This document shows positions 18,503 through 27,436 of a stretch of 64,000 bases of DNA, in pieces. A program made the position numbers and the translations under genes. The notes below the pieces were generated by a model. It saw only the letters and a program-made list of their open reading frames with translations, did no database searches and was not told where the DNA came from. The stretch is from an uncultured Thermoleophilia bacterium. Lineage in GTDB: Bacteria; Actinomycetota; Thermoleophilia; UBA2241. Within the stretch, counting starts at the first letter, position 1; each line of letters opens with the position of its first letter. The stretch spans positions 20,374-84,373 of the forward strand of contig CAIYOD010000028.1 in NCBI GenBank assembly GCA_903927755.1, read 5' to 3'.

Positions 18503-19024
18503 TCACGCTGCGGCGACGGTGGCAGCCGGGCCGTCCGTGGGGCGCCGCATCTCGCCGAGCACGAGCACTGCGATGGCGAGAGCGACAGTGATGCCGCCGC
18601 AGATGAGCAGCGTGGGCTTCATCTGCGTGTTGCAGACCATGTCCGGGTTCACACAGGTGCCGATGACGCTCGTCGGGATGAGGATGGTGAGCACGCCGAT
18701 GATCGCTGCGAGGATCCCGATGACACGGATGGTCTCCTTGCGTTTCGCGAACAGGAGCAGCGCGCCGAGGGCGAACAGCGGGATGCCGGCGATGAGCTCC
18801 GCGCGCGCCGACCAAAGGCACTTCATCATGCGGTAGGGCACGGCCGCCTCGCCGGCGCCGGCCTCCATGCCCCCCATGCTGGCATACTGCGCGGCGGCGC
18901 CCGAGTCGCTCGTCTTCATGTTGATGGTCTCGGGATGCTCATTGCCGGACTCGCAGTTGGTGTACTGCGGCACGATGATGATGGCGAGCGCGACGATCAT
19001 GAGCAGTACCGCGAGAACCTTCAC
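18503..19024 (-). CDS. DUF4418-family small membrane protein
   Basis: ORF 18503..19069 trimmed to GTG 19024, preceded by GAGGAGGAG. The pattern is a TM helix, then QYTNCE...YRMMKCLWSARAEL, TM helices, then IGTCVNPDMVCN. This matches my recollection of DUF4418 (conserved Cys pairs, usually next to MacB-like ABC genes). Confidence 0.7.
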   Translation of the reverse strand: MKVLAVLLMIVALAIIIVPQYTNCESGNEHPETINMKTSDSGAAAQYASMGGMEAGAGEAAVPYRMMKCLWSARAELIAGIPLFALGALLLFAKRKETIRVIGILAAIIGVLTILIPTSVIGTCVNPDMVCNTQMKPTLLICGGITVALAIAVLVLGEMRRPTDGPAATVAAA

Positions 19025-19084
19025 GAGTGCTCCTCCTCGGGTGCGGACCGCGGCAACCCCCCGGCCCATCTGTGGTCGGATTGT

Positions 19085-22000
19085 ATGGTAGCGTTTTGTG
19101 CCCGTCCATCAACGATCGAGGCGTTGACGCGGACGACCGGGCTGTCGGGGGAGGACGAGCTGGAGATCCAGAGACCGGCGAGGCTGGCGGCGGCTGTGAC
19201 CGCGCTGCTCGCGACGGCCGTTCTGGCCGCCGGACTGGCCGCCTGCGGCGGCGCGGATGACGACGGCGCGCCGCAGGCGGGCGTCGCCCCGCGCGGCGCC
19301 TCCGGCGTGGACGCCGGCGTCACCAACGGCGCGGTCACCTACAACCCTCGCGACCTCGTGGCGCTGATGGCCGACGACCCCACGCGGGGGGAGCGCTTCA
19401 GCGCCGCGACCAGGGCCGTCCAGAAGTCCGCCGGTCAGCCGGCCCCCCCGGCGCCGCGCCTGGACCCCGGCGCCACCCCCGACTACTTCGGCGGCGTCCC
19501 CAACTGGGCGCTCAGCCCTCAGCTGCGCAAGTTCGTGGACGAGCTGCCCGGCGTCGGGGCCGGCGCCTCCAACGGCCTCGGCCAGTACATCCCGGTGGCA
19601 ACGCCCGACACGGTCACCTACCCCGGCTCCGACTACTACGAGATAGCGGTGCGCGAGTACGCAGAGCAGTTGCACAGCGACCTCCCCGCGACCAGGCTGC
19701 GCGGGTACGTGCAGCTCAACATCGGTACGGATTCGAGTGGTCGCACCACGGTCGGCCCCGCGCCGATCCACTACCTCGGCCCACTCATCCGCGCCCGCCG
19801 CGGCCGGCCTGTTCGCATCAAGTTCGTCAACCAACTGCCCCCCGGGAAGGCGGGCGACCTGTTCCTGCCCGTGGACACGACGACCAGAGGCGCCGGCGCG
19901 GGCCCGCGGGGCGGCGGCGACCTGTACCCACAGAACCGCGCGTCCCTCCACCTGCACGGGGGGCTCACGCCCTGGATCAGCGGTGGCACGCAGTACCAGT
20001 GGATCACGCCGGCCGGCGAGCGGAGCCCCTACCGGTCAGGCCCGAGCCTGGTCAATGTTCCCGACATGTGGTTCGACGAGCAGGGTCGACCGGTGAGCGA
20101 AGGAGCACCCGGGGCCACCAACGACCCCGGCCCGGGCACCACGACGCTCTACTTCCCCAACGACCAGAGCGCCCGCTTCCTCTACCTGCACGACGACACC
20201 TTCGGCCTGACGCGCCTGAGCGTGTACGCGGGTGAGTCGTCGCCCTACTTCGTCGGCGACGCCGTGGACGATGAGCTCGTCGCCGGCAACACCGGCGAGC
20301 CCGCCTCCAGCCGCGCCATCAAAGCTCCCGTGGAGCCCGGCACCGTTCCGGCCGCCGAGCTGCCGCTCATCATCGAGGACAAGACCTTCGTCCCCGCCGC
20401 CGAGGAGCTCCGCGTCCAGGACCCCACGTGGGACATTGCGCGCTGGGGAGGCCTCGGCGCCCTCTGGTATCCGCACGTGTACATGCCCAACCAGGACGCG
20501 GCGGACGCGGTCAACGCCATGGGACGGTGGGACTATCTGCCCTGGTACTGGCGGGGCTACGCAGAGACGGAGAACGGCCCCGTGGCCAACCCGCTCTTCG
20601 GCACCGTGGCGTCCCAGCCCGAGCAGAACCCGGGGACGCCGAGCCCCTCCGTGGTGCCCAGCGCGTTCCTCGACACGATGCTCGTCAACGGGACCGCCTA
20701 CCCCTACGCCAGGGTGGAGCGCAAGGCCTACCGGCTGCGCATCCTCAACGCCTGCGGCGACCGCCAGCTGAACCTCCAGCTGTACTACGCGCGCTCCGAC
20801 AGCTTCGCCGAGACCGGTCCGGGAGGAAGGCCCGAGCTCCAGACCGATTCGGGCGACGTCGCCATGCTGCCGTCCATGTCCCCCGTCGGGGGCGGCTGGC
20901 CCGCGCGCTGGCCGACGGACGCGCGCGCGGGCGGCGTGCCGGACCCGCGCGCCATCGGACCGGACATGATCCAGATCGGCAACGACGGCGGCCTGCTGCC
21001 CCAGAGCGCCGAGCTCAAGAGCACGCCGGTCGGGTTGGAGTACCTGGCGCCCAGCGCCCGGGACCAGGCGATGGGCGAGTTCACCTCGATCATCGCGATC
21101 AACGGCCGGGCGCTCTACCTCGCGCCCGGCGAGCGCGCCGATGTGATCGTCGACTTCTCGCAGGTCCCGGCCGGTTCCAAGCTCATCCTGTACAACGACG
21201 CCCCGGCGCCCGCCCCCAACGGGGACAGCCGCGTGGACTACTACACCGATGACGTGGACCAGACCGCCATCGGCGGCGCGCCCATCACCGTCGCGGGCTA
21301 CGGACCCAACACGCGCACCGTCCTTCAGTTCCAGGTCGATGGACCAGCGGCGGCGCCGTTCGACCTCGAGCGGCTGCGCCGCGCGCTCCCGGCTGCCTAC
21401 GCGGCCGCGCAGGACCCCGTGCTGGTCCCGTCAGTCGAGTACGACGCGGTGTACGGGACCTCGGCCGAGGAGGACGACCTGGGCGCCGATACCCCGGAGG
21501 CGGCGCCGTCCAGTGCGGCGCCGGAAGCCATGCAGGGTGGCGGCATGGACGAAAGCATGGCGCAAGGCGAAGCGTCGACCGTCCCGCAGAAGGAGTCCGG
21601 CACGCTCACCTTCACGCCTCTGGGCCGGGCCTACCGGCTGACGCTGCCCGTGCAGGGCAAGATGGTGAGCGACCTGTTCGACCCGACCTACGGCCGCAGG
21701 ACCGCCACACTTGGCGTCGACGCTCCCCTCTCTGCGAGCGGCGTGAGGACGGCCGTGCCCTACTCCGCCATCGACCCCGCCACCGAGTACCTGGCCGTGG
21801 ACGAGGAGGCGACCGCGCCACAGCTGGGCGACGCCACTCAGCTGTGGCGCATCACCCATGACGGCACGGAGTCGCACAGCATCTCCTTCGGCGGCTTCGA
21901 CGTGCAGGTGGTGGAGCGCGCGCGGCGCAGCGGCGCAGCGCGCGCGCCCGACCCCGGCGAGCTCGGCTGGAAGGACACGCTGCGCGTCGACCCGCTCGAG

Positions 22001-22537
22001 TCGGTGCTCATCGCGGTGCGGCCGGTCCTGACGAACGTGCCCTTCAAGCTGCCGGCCAGCCAGCGCGACCTCGACGTGACACGCGAGCCCGGCGCCAAGG
22101 GCGGGTTCACGGAGCTGGACCCGGTCACCGCGGCGCCGTTGCGCCGTGAGGTCGTCAATGCACCGGCCGAGCTGAGCTTCGAGGCGTACTGGAGCATCCA
22201 CCTCATCGGTGGCGAGGAGAGCCACACAGCCCGGCCGCTCGTGCTCCAAGGGACGACGGAGGCGCCGGACGGGCTGACGGCGACGGGAGAGGGTACCAGC
22301 GTCAAACTGGCGTGGACGACGCCTCTGTTCCCGCCGCCCGTCATCGGCTACGTGGTGGAACGGGCGGCCGACGAAGGCTTCGCCGCGGACGTGACGACCT
22401 TCGCGACTCCGGCCGACGCCTCCACGTACACCGACACGACCGCGGAGGGCGGACGCACCTACTTCTACCGCGTCCGCACCGAGTCGGCCGCAGGCTGGTC
22501 GCCGTGGTCCGCGGCCGCCGAGGCGAGCCTGCCCTGA
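19085..22537 (+). CDS. Multicopper-oxidase-like lipoprotein with degenerate copper sites and C-terminal FN3 domain
   Basis: Colinear with the catalytic core of 10532..16330 (PDYFGGVPNWALSP, HLHGGLTPWISGGTQYQWITP). Lipobox ALLATAVLAAGLAA-C. Copper motifs are altered: LHDD, HSISFG, WSIHLIGGEES. The listed ORF start 18242 is a shadow extension. The true start is uncertain: ATG 19085, TTG 19124, or CTG 19160 just after GGGGGAGGA. Confidence 0.8.
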   Translation: MVAFCARPSTIEALTRTTGLSGEDELEIQRPARLAAAVTALLATAVLAAGLAACGGADDDGAPQAGVAPRGASGVDAGVTNGAVTYNPRDLVALMADDPTRGERFSAATRAVQKSAGQPAPPAPRLDPGATPDYFGGVPNWALSPQLRKFVDELPGVGAGASNGLGQYIPVATPDTVTYPGSDYYEIAVREYAEQLHSDLPATRLRGYVQLNIGTDSSGRTTVGPAPIHYLGPLIRARRGRPVRIKFVNQLPPGKAGDLFLPVDTTTRGAGAGPRGGGDLYPQNRASLHLHGGLTPWISGGTQYQWITPAGERSPYRSGPSLVNVPDMWFDEQGRPVSEGAPGATNDPGPGTTTLYFPNDQSARFLYLHDDTFGLTRLSVYAGESSPYFVGDAVDDELVAGNTGEPASSRAIKAPVEPGTVPAAELPLIIEDKTFVPAAEELRVQDPTWDIARWGGLGALWYPHVYMPNQDAADAVNAMGRWDYLPWYWRGYAETENGPVANPLFGTVASQPEQNPGTPSPSVVPSAFLDTMLVNGTAYPYARVERKAYRLRILNACGDRQLNLQLYYARSDSFAETGPGGRPELQTDSGDVAMLPSMSPVGGGWPARWPTDARAGGVPDPRAIGPDMIQIGNDGGLLPQSAELKSTPVGLEYLAPSARDQAMGEFTSIIAINGRALYLAPGERADVIVDFSQVPAGSKLILYNDAPAPAPNGDSRVDYYTDDVDQTAIGGAPITVAGYGPNTRTVLQFQVDGPAAAPFDLERLRRALPAAYAAAQDPVLVPSVEYDAVYGTSAEEDDLGADTPEAAPSSAAPEAMQGGGMDESMAQGEASTVPQKESGTLTFTPLGRAYRLTLPVQGKMVSDLFDPTYGRRTATLGVDAPLSASGVRTAVPYSAIDPATEYLAVDEEATAPQLGDATQLWRITHDGTESHSISFGGFDVQVVERARRSGAARAPDPGELGWKDTLRVDPLESVLIAVRPVLTNVPFKLPASQRDLDVTREPGAKGGFTELDPVTAAPLRREVVNAPAELSFEAYWSIHLIGGEESHTARPLVLQGTTEAPDGLTATGEGTSVKLAWTTPLFPPPVIGYVVERAADEGFAADVTTFATPADASTYTDTTAEGGRTYFYRVRTESAAGWSPWSAAAEASLP

Positions 22538-22601
22538 CACGACCGCCGGGCGCTTGCGGGGTCGCCCGCGCGGCTACAATGACGCACGAGACGGAGGGCG
22601 A

Positions 22602-24632
22602 GTGAACCTACCGCAGGTGCTGATGGGCATCGCCGCGGGGATCGGCATCCTCGCGGCCCTCACGCACGGCCTCGCCGGCTTCGCCCGGCGGCCGCGCGAC
22701 CGTGCGCGGATCACGTTCGCGCTCGCCGCCGCAGCGGCGGCCACGGGCGCTCTCTCCGTGCTCGCCCTCTACTCGATCACGGACATCGACCTGCACATCA
22801 AGGTCATGAAGTGGGGGTACTTCCCCGCGACCGTCGTGTGGACGGGGTCCATCGTCTGGTTCGTCGCCTTCGTCGCCGACGTGCGGCCGATGCGGTTCCT
22901 GCTCGGGCTCACGGCGGGCTTCGCCTTCACGCTGGCCGTCAACGTCGCGCTCCCGCGAGGGATCCTCCATCAGGACAAGGGCGGGCTCATGGAGATGGAC
23001 TCCATGGGCGGCTCCGTCATGGTCATGACGAACTCCTCGCCGCACGTCCTCCAGAACGTGACCGACGCGCTCACGCTCGTCTCCTTCGTCTTTCTCTGCT
23101 ACGCGGTCTATCGGGTCTACCGCCGCCCCGGGAGCGAACGCGCCGGCTACCTTGGCCTGATGACCGCCCTTCTCGCGGTCGCGACCATCTTCGACGCGAT
23201 CATCGAACATCGGATCGTCATCAGCTTCAGCACGCTGTACCTCTCGCAGGTCAGCTTCGCCGCGGTGATCATCGCCGTGAGTCTCGCTCTGAGGCGGGAG
23301 TCACTGCGCGTCGAGACGGAGCTGCAGCTGTACCGCACGCACATGGACGAGCTCGTCGAGGAGCGCGTGCGACAGCTCGACGAGGCCCACGCGCAACTGG
23401 CGCGCGAGACGGAAGAGCGGCGGGCGACGGAGGAGGCGCTCCGTCGCAGGGAGGAGGAGCTGGACGCCCTGCAGCGCATGGCGCAGGTCCTCGCGGGGCG
23501 CGCCACGCTGGCGGAAGCGCTCGACGAGGCCAACGCCGCCATCGCCGGTCTCTTCAAGGCGCGCTACGCCCGCGTCCGCCTGCTGACCGGAGACGACAGC
23601 GGTGACGACGACCCGGCCGGGCAGACCGCCGCGCAGGCAGCGGCGAGGAACGCGACCGGGGCCGGCGACGAAGAGGGAGCCCCGGTCCTCACCGCCTTCG
23701 ACCTCGCGGTCACCGGCAGAGCCATGCGCGACGGCGTCATGGTCGCCGCGGAGGCGGCCGTCTGGCCGGACCTGCCGAGGGACCTGCGCCGACAGGCCGC
23801 CGACGAGGGCCTCGGCTACGTGCTGGCGGCGCCGCTCGCGGCCACCTCAGGCCCGGCCGGCGCGCTCGTCATCGCCCGCGGCGACCGCGGTGGTCCGTTC
23901 TCCGCCGAGGAGCAGCAGCTGGCCAGGACCGCCGGCGAGGCGCTCGCCGCCGTCATCGAGATCGACCGCCTGTACCGCACGGCCACAAGACAGGCGGCGG
24001 CCGAGGAGCGACAGGCGCTGGCGCGCGACCTGCACGACGCCGTGACCCAGAGCATCTACAGCGCCACCCTGATCGCCGAGGCGCTGCCCGCCGTGTGGGC
24101 GCGCGACCCGGCAGAGGGCGAGCAGAACCTCGAGCGCCTGCGCCGGCTCGTCCGCGCCGCGCTGGCCGAGATGCGCACGCTCCTCTTCGAGCTCCGTCCT
24201 GCCGCGCTCGAGACGGCGCCGCTCGACGGGCTGATCGAGCGTCTCGGCGACGCCCTGGCCGGGCAGACACAGATCGACGTGACCATCGAGGTGGATGACG
24301 TCGACCTGCCGGCCGACGTCAAGATCGCCTTCTACAGAGTGACGCAGGAGGCGTTCAGCAACATCGCCAAGCACGCGCGCGCCGCCGCGGTGACCGCGCG
24401 CCTGCTCGCCGTCGACGGCGGGGCCACCCTCACGGTGCAGGACGACGGAAGAGGCTTCGATTCGGCGTCGGTGCCGAGCGGCCACATGGGCCTGCACATC
24501 ATGAGCGAGCGCGTCGAGCGCGTGGCCGGCTCGCTCAGCGTGGAGAGCGGGCCCGGGGCGGGGACGACGATCCGTGCGGAGTGGCTTCAGACCGCTTCGG
24601 ACGAGCGACCAGTGGAGAGAATGGGGGCATGA
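22602..24632 (+). CDS. Sensor histidine kinase, multi-TM N-terminal module plus GAF plus HisKA_3/HATPase (NarL-partner type)
   Basis: GTG 22602 follows GGAGGG. The protein has six to seven TM helices, a coiled coil, a GAF-like region, the H-box LARDLHDAVTQSIYSATL and an ATPase domain (NIAKHA...DDGRGF...GLHIMSERV...GTT). Confidence 0.85.
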   Translation: MNLPQVLMGIAAGIGILAALTHGLAGFARRPRDRARITFALAAAAAATGALSVLALYSITDIDLHIKVMKWGYFPATVVWTGSIVWFVAFVADVRPMRFLLGLTAGFAFTLAVNVALPRGILHQDKGGLMEMDSMGGSVMVMTNSSPHVLQNVTDALTLVSFVFLCYAVYRVYRRPGSERAGYLGLMTALLAVATIFDAIIEHRIVISFSTLYLSQVSFAAVIIAVSLALRRESLRVETELQLYRTHMDELVEERVRQLDEAHAQLARETEERRATEEALRRREEELDALQRMAQVLAGRATLAEALDEANAAIAGLFKARYARVRLLTGDDSGDDDPAGQTAAQAAARNATGAGDEEGAPVLTAFDLAVTGRAMRDGVMVAAEAAVWPDLPRDLRRQAADEGLGYVLAAPLAATSGPAGALVIARGDRGGPFSAEEQQLARTAGEALAAVIEIDRLYRTATRQAAAEERQALARDLHDAVTQSIYSATLIAEALPAVWARDPAEGEQNLERLRRLVRAALAEMRTLLFELRPAALETAPLDGLIERLGDALAGQTQIDVTIEVDDVDLPADVKIAFYRVTQEAFSNIAKHARAAAVTARLLAVDGGATLTVQDDGRGFDSASVPSGHMGLHIMSERVERVAGSLSVESGPGAGTTIRAEWLQTASDERPVERMGA

Positions 24633-25264
24633 CCGAGCACGGGGACATCCGAGTCATGATCGTCGACGACCATCAGATGGTGCGCGAGGGTCTGAAGGTG
24701 CTGCTGTCGACCTATGACGACATCGAGGTCGTCTGCGAGGCCGCGGATGGGTCCGAGGCCGTGGAACAGTGCGCCGCGGAGCGACCCGATGTGGTCCTCA
24801 TGGATGTCATGATGCCGGTCATGGACGGCGCCGAGGCCACCGCGGAGATCACGGCCCAGTTCCCGGAGGTGCGCGTCATCGCGCTCACCAGCTTCGTCGA
24901 CCAGGAGTACGTCAAGAAGACCCTCGACGCCGGCGCGATCAGCTACCTCCTCAAGGACGCGCGCCCGGATGCGCTGACCCGGGCCATCAGAGACGCCATG
25001 GACGGCAGAGGCACGATCGACAGCGGCGCCATGAAGGCGCTCATCGCCCGGGGGCAGGACGCCGAGATCGGCAGGGAGCTCACGGCGCGCGAGCGCGAAG
25101 TACTCGCGCTCGTCGCGGGCGGCCTCAGCAACAAGGAGATCGCCGAGGTGCTCACGTTGAGCGTCGGCACCGTCCGCCTGCACGTCAGCAACATCCTCTC
25201 CAAGCTGGGGGCCCCCAACCGCACCACGGCCGCCGCCATAGCCATGAAGCACGGGCTGGCCTGA
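24629..25264 (+). CDS. NarL/FixJ-family response regulator (REC plus LuxR-type HTH)
   Basis: ATGA overlap with the kinase gene. Sequence: IRVMIVDDHQMVREGL...DVVLMDVMMPVMDG...LTSF...YLLKD, then LTAREREVLALVAGGLSNKEIAEVLTLSVGTVRLHVSNILSKLG. Confidence 0.9.
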   Translation: MTEHGDIRVMIVDDHQMVREGLKVLLSTYDDIEVVCEAADGSEAVEQCAAERPDVVLMDVMMPVMDGAEATAEITAQFPEVRVIALTSFVDQEYVKKTLDAGAISYLLKDARPDALTRAIRDAMDGRGTIDSGAMKALIARGQDAEIGRELTAREREVLALVAGGLSNKEIAEVLTLSVGTVRLHVSNILSKLGAPNRTTAAAIAMKHGLA

Positions 25265-25396
25265 GCAGGCCCGACGTGCGGCTATGACCTTTGTCGAGGT
25301 CGGGATACATCACCTGCCCGTGGCGTCGCTCCCCGGGGTGCGCGATGATGGATCGTCTGTGCTCCCTACGAGCATCCCGACCGGAAGGAGGGCGGC

Positions 25397-25777
25397 ATGC
25401 GCGTTCTGCTGGCCACCGACCGCCCCGACCTCGGTCACGCCATCTCGCTGTTCCTCTCGGAACGACGGATCCACGTGGTCGACGTCGTCGACGACTCCGA
25501 CCTCCTTCTTCAGCAGACTGAAGCGGCGCGACCCGACGTCGTCCTCGTGGACTGGAGACTCGGTGAAGCGGCCGCCAGCCGCTCGGTGGCCGACCTCATG
25601 CACCGTGACGATCCCACGCCGGTCATCATCCTGAGCACGGCGCAGGAGCGGCCTCGGGCCCGCAGGTCCGGAGCCGCCGCCTACGCCACGCTGGGGGACC
25701 ACCCCGACTCACTGCTGGCCGCGATCCGCGAAGTGGGGCCGGAGCCGGCGGACGACGCGGTCGATTCCGCCGGCTGA
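25397..25777 (+). CDS. Stand-alone receiver-like domain protein (atypical)
   Basis: MRVLLATDRPDL...DVVLVDWRL...VIILST fits the REC topology with the phospho-Asp position present. The N-terminal acidic pair and the conserved Lys region look degenerate. Confidence 0.55.
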   Translation: MRVLLATDRPDLGHAISLFLSERRIHVVDVVDDSDLLLQQTEAARPDVVLVDWRLGEAAASRSVADLMHRDDPTPVIILSTAQERPRARRSGAAAYATLGDHPDSLLAAIREVGPEPADDAVDSAG

Positions 25778-25807
25778 CCGCGGCGCGCCCGTCGCGGCGC
25801 GCCGGGG

Positions 25808-27298
25808 CTACTCCGCGTCGGGCCCGGCGCCCTGCAGCGCCGGCTCCCGCGAGGCCGCGAACTCGAGCACGACCACGGTGCGGCCCGGACGCGTGGTGAG
25901 CACGACGCGCGTGCACAGCTGCAGCATGATGGTGAACCCCATGCCCAAGCTGGCGGCCGTCGAGAAGCCGGGGACCAGCGTGGCGCGGGGCAGCGTCCTG
26001 AAGTCGATCCCCGGGCCCTCGTCGCTGATCGCGATCTGCAGGCTGTCCTCCCGCACGAACGCCTGGTACGAGCCTCCGCCGGCGTGCTTGATCGCGTTGT
26101 CGAGTGCCTCGCCCGCGGTGCTCAGCAGGTCGGTGTGGCGGATGCGCCCCGGGAAGCAGCCCTCGGCGGCGCGGACCGCCGCGCGGCGGATCGTGGCGAG
26201 CTGCGCCGGCGCGCCGAAGACGGCCGGCGGCGCGAGCGGCGACCCAAGCTCGTCCGCCAGTTGCTCGTCGGTGAGGAGGATGAGCTTGCCGCCGGTCACC
26301 GCGTCCAGCACGTCGACGTACGCCAGCCGGATCCCCTCTTCCTGCCGGCGCAGCGCCCGCTCGGCCTCGCGCAGGTCGGTGACGTCGGTCGCCGACACCA
26401 CCCAGAGGTCGTCGGCGGCCGGGTACGCCGAGAGCAGTTCGTAGTCCCCCTGCGTCCGCAGGTACACCTCGCAGCGAGCCGGGCGACCCGCCGCAATGGC
26501 GCCGGAGACCACGTCGAAGTAGGCCTGCAGCCGCTCGTCGCTGCCGTCGAACTCGCTGAGGCGCCACCCCACCAGTCGTTCGCTGTGGACCTTGGTCCGC
26601 CGCGCCTGGACGGGGTTGATATCGGCGATGACGAGGTCCTCGACCTCGCCGCCGGAGCTTCGTTCCACACGGAAGACGACGAGGCCCTCGGCGGCGTTGT
26701 CGAAGAGACGCCTGTACCGCTGTTCGCTCTCCAGCAGCAGCGCGTGCTTCTGCTCGTGCTGCAACGCGCTCAGCCCGAGCTCTCCGAGCATGCCGACGAA
26801 GTCGGAGAGGAACCCGATCGTCTTCTGCAGGCGAGCCTGCGTGATCACCGGGACCCGATCGAGCGCCTGCAGATACGCGTCCACGTCGAACCCGAGACGC
26901 CGCGCCCGCTCGGCGAACACCTGCCGGTCCACATCGTCGTCCTCGAAGAAGAACTGCCCGGTGTAGACGTTGGCGACGTGCTCGCCGGCGACGACCAGCG
27001 GGAAGGCGACGTCCCAGAGGCCGTTGCTGCAGCGATACGCGTAGTGCTCGCTCCCGTCCAGACCCTGGACGAGGCGCTGATTGATCAGCAGGTCGCTCTC
27101 GAGGCACCCCTGCAGCGTGTCGGGATGCTCACGATGAAAGCGGGTGCAGATGTCCTGCCAGCCCGTGGCGATCAGGACGTTGCCAGAGAGATCGAGCAGG
27201 GCGAGGGTGACATCAAAGGCCTGGGAGAGACTGTCGCAGAGTCGCTGGACGCGGTCCAGATCGATGAGCTTGGTCAACTCGTACCCGCTCGGCCCCAT
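25808..27298 (-). CDS. PocR-PAS sensory protein with C-terminal GHKL ATPase-like domain (no HisKA H-box seen)
   Basis: ORF 25808..27418 trimmed to ATG 27298. PocR-like region: LDLSGNVLIATGWQDICTRFHREHPDTLQGCLESD...YRCSNGLWDVAFPLVV...VYTGQFFFEDDD. PAS: SEQRYRRLFDNAAEGLVVF. C-terminus GEALDNAIKHAGGG...ISDEGPGI...GMGFTIM resembles anti-sigma-kinase-type ATPases. Ends in TAG. Confidence 0.75.
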   Translation of the reverse strand: MGPSGYELTKLIDLDRVQRLCDSLSQAFDVTLALLDLSGNVLIATGWQDICTRFHREHPDTLQGCLESDLLINQRLVQGLDGSEHYAYRCSNGLWDVAFPLVVAGEHVANVYTGQFFFEDDDVDRQVFAERARRLGFDVDAYLQALDRVPVITQARLQKTIGFLSDFVGMLGELGLSALQHEQKHALLLESEQRYRRLFDNAAEGLVVFRVERSSGGEVEDLVIADINPVQARRTKVHSERLVGWRLSEFDGSDERLQAYFDVVSGAIAAGRPARCEVYLRTQGDYELLSAYPAADDLWVVSATDVTDLREAERALRRQEEGIRLAYVDVLDAVTGGKLILLTDEQLADELGSPLAPPAVFGAPAQLATIRRAAVRAAEGCFPGRIRHTDLLSTAGEALDNAIKHAGGGSYQAFVREDSLQIAISDEGPGIDFRTLPRATLVPGFSTAASLGMGFTIMLQLCTRVVLTTRPGRTVVVLEFAASREPALQGAGPDAE

Positions 27299-27436
27299 CG
27301 GGCGTTCGCCTCCACTTGCGCCGAATCGGCGCACCCCTCGCGGCGCCCCCGCCGCGCGGAACAGTCCTCCCTCTTGGTTACCCGCCAGGCGCGGGCCCCG
27401 AACGCGGCCGGCCCGCACGAGACGCTCAGCCTTCGT

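Noticed and set aside
16585-18591. 668-aa + strand ORF across the ABC ATPase and permease genes, and the 18242..19084 extension of the oxidase-like ORF
   Set aside because: They lie opposite or upstream of well-supported genes and lack motifs. The lipoprotein signal peptide of the real product begins only near 19160-19230.
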